Below are positions 40,291 through 50,541 of a DNA stretch of 64,000 nt, piece after piece. This stretch comes from an uncultured Pseudomonadota bacterium. Its GTDB lineage: Bacteria > Pseudomonadota > Alphaproteobacteria > JACZXZ01. The translations under genes and the position numbers were made by a program. The stretch spans positions 192,001 through 256,000 of the forward strand of contig CAVVLJ010000016.1 in NCBI GenBank assembly GCA_963749075.1, in the 5' to 3' direction. Within the stretch, counting starts at the first letter, position 1. Every line of letters begins with the position of its first letter. A model generated the notes under the pieces. The model was not told where the DNA came from. It did not search any database and worked only from the letters and a program-made list of their open reading frames with translations.

Positions 40291-43200
40291 TCACTCCAGC
40301 TCGTCGAGAAGGGCCTTCGCCTCTCGCAGATCGGGCGTGTCGAGACCCTCGGTGAACCAGCCGTAAATGGGTGCCAGGAGGTCGCGCGCCTCTTTCGCAC
40401 GGCCCTCCTTGCGCCACAGCAGTGCTAAGCCGAGCGCGGCCCGCAGTTCGAGCGATTTCGCCTGCGCCTCGCGCGCCATTGCCAGCGCTTGAGCGTAGAG
40501 CTGCTCCGCCGCCAACCCATCTGCCGGTGCCAGCGCCACGCGTAGATCTCCTCTGACGCGCAGGAGAAGGGGGATCCAAACGAGCTCGGCCTTGCGCTCG
40601 ATTTCGGCATCGGCATCGTCCAGAGCAGCACCCGCCATGTCGATGTGGCCACCGCGCAACTCGACCTCGGCCAAGGCCGCGATGACAAACCCCAGCATCA
40701 CCGATGCGGCAGCCCTGTAAACTCGGATCGCTTCGCGCAGCTCGCCGAGGGCCTCTTCAACCTCCCCCATCTGGGCGCGCGCCCAGCTGCGGATGATGCC
40801 GCCCATTGCCTCATATTGCGCCAGCCCGTGCTCGCAGCCCAAGGTGACCAGTCGTTCACCAGTATCGAGGACGGCAGGGGCGTCCCGACGCATCATATGG
40901 ATGACGCCGGCGAACCACAGCGAATGTGCGATGCTCGGCACGTGCGCCAGATCATTGGCGAGGTCCATACCTTGGCGCACGCTTTTCAGCGCCTGATCGG
41001 GATAGCCCAGCAACCACAACGCTATTGCCCCCAGCCCGGCGCCGCACACTGCCGGGTCATGGCCGCCATAAAGCAGTGCGTGCGTGCCGTGCTCCTTGCG
41101 ATCGTAGAGTTTGAGACCCTGGTGCACATGCTCGCGGGAGCCGATGAGATCGCCGTGAAAGGTCAGGGTCGCCCAAGCGGCATGATGCGCCTGCATGCGC
41201 AGCCCGGGATCGCCCAGGGGCTCCGCCACGCGAAACAGCTCGTCGACGAGGCTCTCGCGGTGGCCGCCCTCACCACTTTGTCCTGTCGACAGCCATAAAC
41301 CCCAGAGCGCCGCAAACAAAGACCAATGGTCGCCCGAACTCTCGGCCAATTGGCGCGCACGCCGATAAGCGGAATCGGCTTCCGGAATGCCGAATCCGTA
41401 AATCGACATCACCGCCGGGCCGAGCGCCAATTGCAGCGCCAGCTCCAAGCGGATGCGTTCGGGCGTCTCGGCAAGTGCTGCCAGCGTCTCGATCCCGCGG
41501 CGAAGATGCGCGGTCGCCTCGACATTGGCGGAGCGCCCGGCCTCGCGCCGGCCCGCCGCGAGCCAGTAGGACGCGGCGCGCTCCGGCTGGCCGGCCTCGG
41601 CGAGGTGATGCGCCAGGATCTCCGGCTCCCGCTCCGCACGATCCGGCATGCGCGTCTCGATCGCCTCGGCGATGCGCCCATGCAAGGCCTGGCGCGGGCC
41701 GCGCAACAGCGTGCCGTAGGCGGTATCCTGCACGAGAGCGTGCTTGAACTGGTAGTCGGCCGCGGGCGGCATGCCGCGCTGGAAGACGAGGCCGGCGGCG
41801 ACGAGGCGAGCGAGCGCCTCCCGCGTCTCCGCTTCCGCGCGCGGGGCGACGGCGGCAACGAGCTCGTGGGGAAACTCGCGGCCGATCGCAGCCCCGGTCT
41901 GGGCGACCTCGCGGGCGGCAGCTCCCAGCCGGTCGAGGCGCGCCATCAGCGAGGCCTGCAAGGTCGCCGGCACGGCAGGCCTGGCTCCGGGGATCGCCGC
42001 AAGGGCGCGCGCCTTGGCGGCATCCGGCCCGTCCGCGGCTTCGAGCACGACTTTCGTCACCTCCTCGAGGAAGAGCGGCACCCCGTCGGTCCGCTCGATG
42101 ATCTCCTCGACGATATCGTCGGGGAGGGCGGCGGCGTTTCCGGCGAGCTGGCGGACGAGCGCGGCCCCCTCCCGCCGGCCGAGGCGTGAGAGGGCGAGCA
42201 TCGTGACATGCGCCTGGCCGATCCACGGCGGCTGAAACTCCGGCCGGAACGTGGCGATCAGCAGCACCGGCAGCCGCTCGGCCCGGGCAATCGTGCGGTC
42301 GAGCAGCTCGCGCGAGGTGGGATCCATCCAGTGCAGATCCTCGAAGACCATCAGCACCGGTTGTTGCGCCGCGAGGCTTTCGAGAATGCGCAGCAGTGCG
42401 TCGAAGGTCTTTTCTTTTTTGCGTTGCGGAGTGAGTTCGAGCGACGATCGGGATTCGCCACCCGGAAGCGAGAGCAATTCCGCAAGAAGCGGCAGGTCGT
42501 CTTCGGCCGGCCCACGCGCCAGCAATTCCGCGAGCTTTCGCTGCTTCCTCGCCGCATCATCGCCGCGCGCGAAGCCCGCGGCGCGCTCGAGATGGCCGAT
42601 GATCGGGTAGAAGGCACTTTCGCTGTGATGCGGCGAGCAGAAATAGCGCAGCCGCCGGTGGGGCTCGGCGCCGATGCGCTCCTCGAGCGCCTCGGCCAGC
42701 CGCGACTTGCCGATCCCCGGCTCGGCCGAGAGCAGCACCACGCGGCCTTCGCCCGATTTGGCCTGGGCCCAGCGGCGCAGCAAGAGTTCGACCTCCTCGT
42801 CGCGGCCGACGAGCGGCGCCGCGCGCGAGCGCAAGGCCTCGAAGCGGCTCGCGACATCGCTCTCGCCGAGCACCTGCCACGCCTGCTGCCTGGCGGCAAA
42901 GCCCTTGAGCGACTGCGGCTCGAGAGCCCGCACCTCGAAGAGGCTGCCGATCTGCCGGCGCGTGGCCTCGGCGATGATGATCGCATTGGGTGCGGCAAGC
43001 GCCTGCAGTCGCGCCGCAAGATTGGGCGTTTCGCCCACTACGGACTGCTCCTGCGCGGCACCCGCGCCGATGAGGTCGCCGACCACGGCGAGGCCGGTCG
43101 CGATGCCGAGCCGCACTTCGAGGCGTTGCGGCAAGTCGAGACGGCCGACCGCCTCGACGATGGCGAGGCCGGCGCGCACGGCCTGCTCGGCATCCTCCTC

Positions 43201-43677
43201 ATGGGCCTCCGGGTAGCCGAAATAGGCGAGGATGCCGTCGCCCATGTATTTCGCGACAAAGCCGCCGAAGCCGGTCAACAGCTCGGCGACGCGGCGGTGG
43301 TAGACGGCGATGATCTCGCGCAGATCCTCGGGATCGAGACGCGTCGCCAGCTCGGTCGAGCCGACCACGTCGCAGAACATGATGGTGAGCTGGCGGCGCT
43401 CGGCCGAGGCGGCGTCGGCGGGCTCGGAGGGGCCGATCACCTCTCCCGGAGCCGTCTCCCCCCGCGGCGCGCCGCCGCGGGGTGCTGGACCTTCGCGTAA
43501 GGCGGAGATCGCCGCGAGTAGCTTGCGCCGGTGACCGATCGAGCTCACTCCCAGAGCGACCAGATCTTCGGCCGTCAACTCAGGCAGAACCGCGCCGTCG
43601 ACGTCGTTGTCGCGGAAAGCCGGCTCATATTGCTCGAGGCCGAGCGCGCGCAGCCAAGCGGTCACGTCGGTCGACAT
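40291..43677 (-). CDS. SAM + class III nucleotide cyclase + STAND/AAA ATPase + TPR protein
   Basis: WLRALGLEQY..GHRRKLL (SAM); FCDVVGST, KYMGDG, GETPNLAARL (cyclase); AEPGIGKSRL, FEDLHW (P-loop); FTEGLDTPDL C-terminus. Confidence 0.9.
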   Translation of the reverse strand: MSTDVTAWLRALGLEQYEPAFRDNDVDGAVLPELTAEDLVALGVSSIGHRRKLLAAISALREGPAPRGGAPRGETAPGEVIGPSEPADAASAERRQLTIMFCDVVGSTELATRLDPEDLREIIAVYHRRVAELLTGFGGFVAKYMGDGILAYFGYPEAHEEDAEQAVRAGLAIVEAVGRLDLPQRLEVRLGIATGLAVVGDLIGAGAAQEQSVVGETPNLAARLQALAAPNAIIIAEATRRQIGSLFEVRALEPQSLKGFAARQQAWQVLGESDVASRFEALRSRAAPLVGRDEEVELLLRRWAQAKSGEGRVVLLSAEPGIGKSRLAEALEERIGAEPHRRLRYFCSPHHSESAFYPIIGHLERAAGFARGDDAARKQRKLAELLARGPAEDDLPLLAELLSLPGGESRSSLELTPQRKKEKTFDALLRILESLAAQQPVLMVFEDLHWMDPTSRELLDRTIARAERLPVLLIATFRPEFQPPWIGQAHVTMLALSRLGRREGAALVRQLAGNAAALPDDIVEEIIERTDGVPLFLEEVTKVVLEAADGPDAAKARALAAIPGARPAVPATLQASLMARLDRLGAAAREVAQTGAAIGREFPHELVAAVAPRAEAETREALARLVAAGLVFQRGMPPAADYQFKHALVQDTAYGTLLRGPRQALHGRIAEAIETRMPDRAEREPEILAHHLAEAGQPERAASYWLAAGRREAGRSANVEATAHLRRGIETLAALAETPERIRLELALQLALGPAVMSIYGFGIPEADSAYRRARQLAESSGDHWSLFAALWGLWLSTGQSGEGGHRESLVDELFRVAEPLGDPGLRMQAHHAAWATLTFHGDLIGSREHVHQGLKLYDRKEHGTHALLYGGHDPAVCGAGLGAIALWLLGYPDQALKSVRQGMDLANDLAHVPSIAHSLWFAGVIHMMRRDAPAVLDTGERLVTLGCEHGLAQYEAMGGIIRSWARAQMGEVEEALGELREAIRVYRAAASVMLGFVIAALAEVELRGGHIDMAGAALDDADAEIERKAELVWIPLLLRVRGDLRVALAPADGLAAEQLYAQALAMAREAQAKSLELRAALGLALLWRKEGRAKEARDLLAPIYGWFTEGLDTPDLREAKALLDELE

Positions 43678-43782
43678 TGCTGCGTTTGCTCTCACCGGCC
43701 GAGGCGTCGCCGCCGCGCGCGATTTCGCCCCTCGGCCTTCACAGCCAGAGTCCGAGCGGCCGTAGGGGGCAATTTGGCAGGC

Positions 43783-43915
43783 ATGGCGTGGACTCCAATC
43801 ACCCGATCCCAGCATAGCCGAGAGCGTTCCCGTTACGGAAGCGGTCTGAGCGATGCCGAGCGGGCGACCTTCGCGTCCTTGTTGCCTGCGCCGAGGCGGG
43901 CGCGCCGAAAAGGCG
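43783..43915 (+). mobile_element. IS5-family (IS1031-like) transposase N-terminal remnant
   Basis: MAWTPITRSQHSR..RYGSGLSDAE..LLPAP resembles IS5 N-termini; no DDE region follows. Confidence 0.6.
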
Positions 43916-43986
43916 CGCGATCAGAGACTGACCCGAAATGACTCGTTGATTTCCAACGGGCTATTCGTCACCCGCGCGAAGGCGAC

Positions 43987-44138
43987 TCCCTCTCCTCCTT
44001 CAGGAGGAGAGGGCCGGGGTGGGGAGGACTTGCCGCCGTCTGCAGCCGCGACAGCTGTGTTGACCGGACTTCTCCGAGCGAGGGCATTCGCCTGGCTTCA
44101 ATACCTCCTCACCCTACCCTCCTGAAGGAGGAGAGGGA
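43987..44138. repeat. Family A repeat
   Basis: Same terminal hairpins, right one partly deleted. Confidence 0.75.
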
Positions 44139-44333
44139 TGCGCGTCAGCCCGAGCCTCGCGGGGGTCCATCTTTGACGCCGGATAGCGGACCAACACTGG
44201 AGTCCCGCCCTTGCTTTCGCGAGGCCCAGCCTGCGCGCTTGATGCTTGCGAATTGACGGGCTGCGGTTGACTTGGCCGCACGCGGGCGCTAACGTTGCCG
44301 GCTCAAGCGCGAGAAAATCACGGGAGGAGACAA

Positions 44334-45587
44334 ATGATACGGAAGTCATCGCTTGCAGTATTTGTCGGATCGTTTTTCGCTATTACTTGCGCGGCCCATG
44401 CGGCGGACGCGCCGGCCGAGATCAAGCTCGGCACGCTCTATGCCTCCTCGGGCAATTTCGCCAGCATCTCCATGCCGGTCCATTACGGGCTCAAGCTGTG
44501 GGTCGACCAGAAGAACGCCGAGGGCGGCGTCTTCGTCAAGGCCTTCGACAAGAAGATACCCGTGAAGCTCGTGGAGTACGACGACCAGAGCAATACCGCG
44601 ACCGCGGCGACGCTCTACGACCAGCTCATCACCCAGGACAAGGTCGACATCCTGGTCGCGGATTCGGGCTCGGTCCTGACCTCGGTCGCGGTGCCCATCG
44701 CGCGCGAGCACAAGATGCTGCTCATCGACCAGACGGGCACGGGGGCTAACTTCTTCACGAAGGACAACCCCTACATCGTGCTGATGGCCGATCCGGTCTC
44801 CAGCATATGGCCCAAGTACGTGGCCAACTTCCTCACCAAGGACGGGCCCGCGCTGGGCATCAAGCGCGTCGCCATCCTTTACTCGACCAACGACTTCACC
44901 GGCACCCAGGCCAACGCCGTGCGCTCCTTCATCAAGGAGAGCAAGGCGCCCGTCGAGATCGTCTACGACAACGGCGTGCCGACCAATACCACGAGCTACA
45001 CCGTGATCATCAACAACATCGCAGCCACCAATCCGGACGCCGTGGTCGAGCTCGGCTATCCCAACAACGACATCTCCTTCCTGCGCAACCTCCAGGGTGC
45101 CGGCACCAAGTTCAAGTGGCTCTTCGCCATCTATCCCGGCCTCGAGACCGAGCTCCTCGAGAAGAACGTCGGCGCCGCCGGCCTCATGCACGTCTTCACC
45201 TACGTGACCTCCTCGGTGATCGCCTACAAGCCCGAGTTCGGCATGTCGCTCGCCGATTTCCACGCGGCCTGGGAGAAGAAGTACGGCGACGCCAAGGTCG
45301 AGTTCGGCTTCAACTCGGTCGCCGGCTACACCACGGGCCTGGTGCTCGAATCGGCACTCGCCGCCGCGGGCAGCCTCGACCAGCTCGAGCTCAGGAAGGC
45401 GATCTTCGGCCTCTCCGGCAAGCTTAAGACCATCGACGGCACCTTCGAGCTCGACGAGATGGGCGCCCAGATCGGCGAGATCACGCCGCTCGGCCAGATC
45501 GCGTCCGACGGCAAGGGCGGCGTCAAGTTCGTCGTCGTCTACCCGCCCGACGTGGCAACGGGAAAGCCGGTCTACCCGGCGCCGTGA
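44334..45587 (+). CDS. Amino-acid ABC substrate-binding protein (PBP1)
   Basis: Signal peptide; NAEGG, YDDQS, DKVDIL. Confidence 0.88.
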   Translation: MIRKSSLAVFVGSFFAITCAAHAADAPAEIKLGTLYASSGNFASISMPVHYGLKLWVDQKNAEGGVFVKAFDKKIPVKLVEYDDQSNTATAATLYDQLITQDKVDILVADSGSVLTSVAVPIAREHKMLLIDQTGTGANFFTKDNPYIVLMADPVSSIWPKYVANFLTKDGPALGIKRVAILYSTNDFTGTQANAVRSFIKESKAPVEIVYDNGVPTNTTSYTVIINNIAATNPDAVVELGYPNNDISFLRNLQGAGTKFKWLFAIYPGLETELLEKNVGAAGLMHVFTYVTSSVIAYKPEFGMSLADFHAAWEKKYGDAKVEFGFNSVAGYTTGLVLESALAAAGSLDQLELRKAIFGLSGKLKTIDGTFELDEMGAQIGEITPLGQIASDGKGGVKFVVVYPPDVATGKPVYPAP

Positions 45588-45625
45588 GCGGGATCGTTTC
45601 CGTTGTCGTCCTGCTCACCGAAGCT

Positions 45626-45817
45626 CGTCCGCGCGGGGCCGCGAATTGACGCACGCATCTTGAGGAGGCTTGCAGTACCGCCGTGGGTCCTTCGTGACGC
45701 AACCCTTCGGGTTGCTCCTCAGGATGAGGAAATATTGCGTGTGGCAGAAAGACTTAGCCTCATCCTGAGGAGCGAGCGCAGCGAGCGTCTCGAAGGACGC
45801 ACTGTGGCCGGTCCGAG
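45626..45817. repeat. Dispersed repeat family B, copy 2 (inside ABC operon)
   Basis: Homologous to 23278-23468. Confidence 0.8.
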
Positions 45818-45908
45818 TCGCCGCTGTGCAGCGCGAGAGGCTGTTTCGCCGGCGACAATCGGGCTTGCGTGAATCCCCCCAACGATTTCCTGGCTCCGGA
45901 CCCTCCCG

Positions 45909-46784
45909 ATGCTCGCCTACACGCTTCTCGCAGGCCTCCTCTTCGGTCTCTATTTCAGCCTGGTGGGGCTCGGCCTCAACCTGGTGTTCGGCGTCATGCG
46001 CATCGTCAATCTCGCGCACGGCGACTTCCTCATGCTCGGCGCCTTCGCGGCCTTCTGGCTCTTCAACCTTTGGGGCATGAGCCCGTATGTCTCGGTCTTC
46101 GTCGTCCTCGCGGTCTTCGCGCTCCTTGGCCTGCCGCTCTATTATCTCTTCGTGCCGCGCCTGCTCCTCGCCAAGGACCCGGAGATGCTCTCGATCATCC
46201 TCTTCTTCGGCCTCTCGCAGGTGATCGAGGCGCTCACCGCGATCGCCTTCGGCGCGAGCGAGCGCTCCATTCCCGGCAACGTGCTCGGCAGCGGGCCTTT
46301 GCGCCTCTTCGGCCAGAGCTTTCCCGCCGCCTGGATCGCGAGCGGGATCGCGAGCGCCTTGGCCGTGCTCGGCGTCTATCTTTATCTCTACCGCACGCGC
46401 ATCGGCTACCTCACGCGCGCCGTGATGGTGCACCGCGAGGAGGCGCTGGCGACCGGCATCGACGTGCACAGGGTATCGGCCATCGCCTTCGGCGTCGGCC
46501 TGGCGCTTGCCGCCGTGGCCGGCGTCTTTGCACCCTTCATGCTCGGCAGCGTGACACCCGCGATGGGCGTCGACATCAATATCACCGCCTTCGCGGTGAT
46601 CGTGGTGGGCTCGCTCGGCAATCCGCTCGGCACGGTGCTCGGCGGCATCGTCTACGGCATCTCGCTCATGGTCATGCAGAGCTACTTGAGCTCCTGGGCC
46701 AATCTCCTGCCCTATCTCCTCCTCATCGCCATCCTACTGGTGCGGCCGAGCGGCCTCCTGGGCCGGCAGGTGCGCCGTGCCTAG
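45909..46784 (+). CDS. LivH-type permease
   Basis: FGVMRIVNLAHGDF. Confidence 0.9.
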   Translation: MLAYTLLAGLLFGLYFSLVGLGLNLVFGVMRIVNLAHGDFLMLGAFAAFWLFNLWGMSPYVSVFVVLAVFALLGLPLYYLFVPRLLLAKDPEMLSIILFFGLSQVIEALTAIAFGASERSIPGNVLGSGPLRLFGQSFPAAWIASGIASALAVLGVYLYLYRTRIGYLTRAVMVHREEALATGIDVHRVSAIAFGVGLALAAVAGVFAPFMLGSVTPAMGVDINITAFAVIVVGSLGNPLGTVLGGIVYGISLMVMQSYLSSWANLLPYLLLIAILLVRPSGLLGRQVRRA

Positions 46785-47697
46785 GGCGCTCGGCCATACG
46801 CTCTTCGTCCTCGTGCCGGTGGTCGCCGCGGCGGCGCTCCTCCCCTTCGTCTATACGAACCAGCTCCTGCTCTTCAACTTCGTGGTGTTCCTGACGCTCG
46901 CCCAGGGCGTCAACATCATTTACGGCTTCACCGGCTATCTGCCCTTCGGCTATTCCGGCTTCTTCGGCGCCGGCGCCTACGGCTTCTCGCTCGCCGTCAT
47001 GCATCTCCACGCAGCGCCGCTCCCGGCGCTCGCGGCCGGCGGCGCTGCGGCGATCCTTCTCGGGCTCATCTTGACGCCGCTCTTGCGGCTCTCCGGCGCC
47101 TATTTCGCCATCGCCAATCTCGCGGCCTCGCTCGCCGTCTTCCAGGTGGTCTCCAACCCGAACCTCGAGGAGATCACCAAGGGCCCCTACGGCATCAGCC
47201 TCACGGGCGTCTTCAGCCCGCATTTCAGCTATGGCGTCGCCGTCGGCTTCCTCGCCTTCACGCTCGGCCTCGTCGTCTATTTGCGCAACTCGCGCTTCGG
47301 CCTGTCGCTCCAGGCGATCCGCGAGGATGCCGTGAGCGCCGCCATGGCCGGGGTGAACGTGGTGCGCAGCCGCATGCTGGCCTGGCTCATGAGCGCCCTT
47401 GTGGCCGGTTTGAGCGGCGGCGTCTTCGCCTGGTACGTCTCGGTCTTCTATCCCGAGACGGTATTCAGCCTCGACTTCAGCATCTTCGCCATCGTCTTCG
47501 CCCTTTTCGGCGGGATCGCCACCATCAGCGGGCCGATCCTCGGCGTCGTCATCCTCTACGGCATCTACAACGCGATCGGCATCTCGACCCCGCAGTATTT
47601 CCAGCTCATCTACGGGCTCCTCATCGTCGGCCTCGTGCTCTTCCTGCCGAACGGCCTCGTCTCGCTGGCAAGGCGCTGGGGGTTCGATGTCCCCTGA
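46777..47697 (+). CDS. LivM-type permease
   Basis: GFTGYLPFG, LSGAYFAIA, AIRED. Confidence 0.9.
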   Translation: MPRALGHTLFVLVPVVAAAALLPFVYTNQLLLFNFVVFLTLAQGVNIIYGFTGYLPFGYSGFFGAGAYGFSLAVMHLHAAPLPALAAGGAAAILLGLILTPLLRLSGAYFAIANLAASLAVFQVVSNPNLEEITKGPYGISLTGVFSPHFSYGVAVGFLAFTLGLVVYLRNSRFGLSLQAIREDAVSAAMAGVNVVRSRMLAWLMSALVAGLSGGVFAWYVSVFYPETVFSLDFSIFAIVFALFGGIATISGPILGVVILYGIYNAIGISTPQYFQLIYGLLIVGLVLFLPNGLVSLARRWGFDVP

Positions 47698-48430
47698 CGC
47701 AGCCGAGGGCCGGCGCCCGCTTCTTGCGGTCGAAGGGCTGGTCAAGCACTTCGGCGGCTTCCGCGCCCTCGACGAGCTCAGCTTCCATCTCATGGCGGGG
47801 GAGATCCTCGGCCTCGTCGGCCCCAACGGCTCGGGCAAGACCACCTGCATCAACGTCATCACCGGCCTCTATGGTCCGGACGACGGCCGGCTTTCGTTCG
47901 ACGGCCGCGAGATCGGCGGGCTTCCCTCCCACCGCCTCGTGCATCTCGGCATCAACCGCACCTTCCAGGTGCCGAAGCCGTTTCTCGGCCTCACCGTCAG
48001 GGAGAACGTCGAGGTGGCGGCGGCCTATGGCCGGCCGCGCGGCTTGGCACTCGACATCGAGGCGCTGCTTGCCTCCCTCGAGCTCGACGGCCGCGCCGGG
48101 CGGCAGGCGGGCGAGCTCAACAGCGTCGAGCAGAAGATGCTCGATCTGGCGCGGGCGCTCGCCACGGCGCCGCGCCTACTCTGTATCGACGAGCTCGCCG
48201 CCGGCTTGAACCCGGCCGAGCTCGGGCGCGTGGCAGCCCGGCTCAAGGCGCTGGCCGAGGCCGGCACAGCCCTCCTCGTCGTCGAGCATCTCATGGGCTT
48301 CATCGACCAGGTGACCGACCGGGTCATCGTGCTCAACGCCGGGCACGAGATCTTCGAGGGCGTGCTCGCCGACGCGGTCAAGGACCGCCAGGTGGTGGAG
48401 GTGTTCCTGGGGGTGGAGAATGGCGGCTGA
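47687..48430 (+). CDS. LivG-type ABC ATPase
   Basis: GPNGSGKTT, RTFQ, IDELAAG. Confidence 0.9.
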   Translation: MSPDAAEGRRPLLAVEGLVKHFGGFRALDELSFHLMAGEILGLVGPNGSGKTTCINVITGLYGPDDGRLSFDGREIGGLPSHRLVHLGINRTFQVPKPFLGLTVRENVEVAAAYGRPRGLALDIEALLASLELDGRAGRQAGELNSVEQKMLDLARALATAPRLLCIDELAAGLNPAELGRVAARLKALAEAGTALLVVEHLMGFIDQVTDRVIVLNAGHEIFEGVLADAVKDRQVVEVFLGVENGG

Positions 48431-49130
48431 GCTCCTCGCCGCCGAGGCGCTCGAGGCCGGCTACGGCCGCGTCCAGGTGCTGTGGGGTGCGGGCCTCGCG
48501 GTAGCAGAAGGGGAGACCGTGGTGCTCCTAGGCGCCAACGGAGCGGGCAAGACGACGTTGCTCAAGGTGATCATGGGGCTGTTGCCCGCCTGGCGCGGCA
48601 CCATCCGCTTTGCAGGATCGGACATCATCCATCTGCGCACCGACCGGCGCGTGCGCGCCGGCATCGCCTACATGTCGGAGACCGGCTGCTTTCCCGGCCT
48701 CAGCGTCGAGGAGAACCTGAGGATCGGCGGCCAGTTCATGGCTCAGGCGGCGCTCAAGGCGCGGCTCGCCGAGCTCTACGCGCTCTTCCCGGCACTCGCC
48801 GAGCGCAAGAAGGCGCTGGCGAGCAGCCTTTCGGGCGGCCAGCGCAAGATGCTCGGCATCGCCAAGGCGCTCGCCGGCAATCCCCGGCTCGCCGTCATGG
48901 ACGAGCCCTCGGCCGGCCTCTCGCCGCTCTTTGTCAAGGAGGTCATCCGCGTGCTCGGCGAGTTCAGCACCTCGGGCCTCTCGCTCCTCATCGCCGAGCA
49001 GAACGTCAAGTTCCTCGAGCTCGCCCACCGCGTCTATACGCTCGAGGGCGGCCGCATCGGCTTCGCAGGATCGGTCGCGGCGCTCCACGAGAACGACGCC
49101 TTGCGCCGCGCCTACTTCGGGCTGAGGTAG
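48420..49130 (+). CDS. LivF-type ABC ATPase
   Basis: GANGAGKTT, LSGGQ, MDEPSAGL. Confidence 0.9.
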   Translation: MAAELLAAEALEAGYGRVQVLWGAGLAVAEGETVVLLGANGAGKTTLLKVIMGLLPAWRGTIRFAGSDIIHLRTDRRVRAGIAYMSETGCFPGLSVEENLRIGGQFMAQAALKARLAELYALFPALAERKKALASSLSGGQRKMLGIAKALAGNPRLAVMDEPSAGLSPLFVKEVIRVLGEFSTSGLSLLIAEQNVKFLELAHRVYTLEGGRIGFAGSVAALHENDALRRAYFGLR

Positions 49131-49154
49131 CAAGCCACGGCCTCGCGCAAGATT

Positions 49155-49195
49155 ATCCTTGTAATCATGGAATGAAACTCCATAATTGCAAGGAT
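49155..49195. promoter_or_regulatory. 41-bp AT-rich imperfect palindrome overlapping the ATPase start
   Basis: ATCCTTGTAATCATGGA-N7-TCCATAATTGCAAGGAT, 15/17 paired. Confidence 0.55.
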
Positions 49196-50360
49196 GATAC
49201 CTAGGCGCCTCGCAGAACAGCTGAATTACCTGCTCGACAACTATCCCGCAGTCGGGTTGCTCGGGCCACGCCAGGTCGGCAAAACGACGCTCGCACTGGA
49301 AGTGGCGGAACAGCGCGCCTCGGTCTACCTCGATCTGGAATCTGCCGCCGATCGGGCGAAGCTCGCGGATCCGGAATCCTACTTGGCCGAGTACGCCGAC
49401 CGGCTGGTCATTTTGGATGAAGTTCACCGCGCGCCGGAATTGTTCCAAAGCTTGCGTGGAGTGATCGACCGCGGACGGCGGCGGGGCAAGAAAGCCGGCC
49501 GCTTCCTGCTCCTGGGCTCCGCCGGCATCGACCTGCTCAAACAGTCGGGCGAGACGCTGGCAGGCCGCATCTCCTACATCGAGCTTGGCCCGCTCGACGT
49601 GCTGGAAGTCCCCGCCGCCGACCTGGACAGGTTATGGGTTCGCGGTGGTTTTCCATCGAGCTTCCTGGCGGCGGACGAAGCACTTAGCCTCAAATGGCGT
49701 CAGGATTTCATCCGCACCTATTTGGAGCGGGACATTCCGCAATTCGGACCGCGTATTGCTGCGGAGACGCTTCGCCGTTTCTGGACCATGCTTGCCCACA
49801 ATCAGGCCCAACTCCTGAATGCCGCCAGCATCGCGCGATCTCTCGGCGTCGACGGCAAGACGGTCGCTGGATACCTCGACCTGATGGTGGACTTGTTGCT
49901 GGTAAGACGACTGCCGGCCTGGCAACGCAATGAGGGCAAGCGCCTTGTCAAGTCGCCGAAGGTATATGTGCGCGATGCCGGGATAGCCCATGCGTTGCTG
50001 GGCCTCCGGAATAAAGACGACGTCTTGGGACACCCGGTGGCCGGACAGACATGGGAAAGCTTCGTCACCGAGGCGCTGATTGCCATGGCGCCCGAAGGCA
50101 CGGAAGCGAGCTTCTATCGCACCTCGGCGGGGGCGGAAGTCGATCTAGTGCTGGTACTGCCGAAGCGAAAATTATGGGCGATAGAAATCAAGCGAAGCAC
50201 CGCGCCAAAAGTCGAGCGCGGCTTTCATTCCGCGTGCGACGACCTGAAACCGCACCGACGCTTCGTGGTCTATCCCGGAAGCGAGCGCTTCTCGGTCGGG
50301 AACGACACGCAGGCCATTGGGCTCGCGTCGCTTGCCAAGGAGCTTCAGGCGCAGAGCTAA
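49194..50360 (+). CDS. AAA_14 ATPase + DUF4143 (PD-(D/E)xK-like) protein
   Basis: GPRQVGKTT, ILDEVH, LAGRI, RGGFP, KSPKVY, EVDLV..IEIK; lower GC than flanks. Confidence 0.88.
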   Translation: MIPRRLAEQLNYLLDNYPAVGLLGPRQVGKTTLALEVAEQRASVYLDLESAADRAKLADPESYLAEYADRLVILDEVHRAPELFQSLRGVIDRGRRRGKKAGRFLLLGSAGIDLLKQSGETLAGRISYIELGPLDVLEVPAADLDRLWVRGGFPSSFLAADEALSLKWRQDFIRTYLERDIPQFGPRIAAETLRRFWTMLAHNQAQLLNAASIARSLGVDGKTVAGYLDLMVDLLLVRRLPAWQRNEGKRLVKSPKVYVRDAGIAHALLGLRNKDDVLGHPVAGQTWESFVTEALIAMAPEGTEASFYRTSAGAEVDLVLVLPKRKLWAIEIKRSTAPKVERGFHSACDDLKPHRRFVVYPGSERFSVGNDTQAIGLASLAKELQAQS

Positions 50361-50541
50361 TCGCTGACGGATGCGCGCTCTTGCGTGGCGGCTTCAATGG
50401 CGTGCTTAATCGCGGCTTGCACCGCCGCGGTGCATGCATCGGCTGCTCTCGGCCGGTCCGCGTCCTGGATCTGCGCGCGGCGGGCCGCTTCGACGATCTC
50501 TGGTCCGGAACTCCCCCTCCACCTGTCGCGAGCTTTGAGCC

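Noticed and set aside
50357-50515. Protein-like minus-strand fragment (EIVEAARRAQIQD..AIKHAIEAATQERASVSD)
   Set aside because: No clear start or family; cannot be supported without a search
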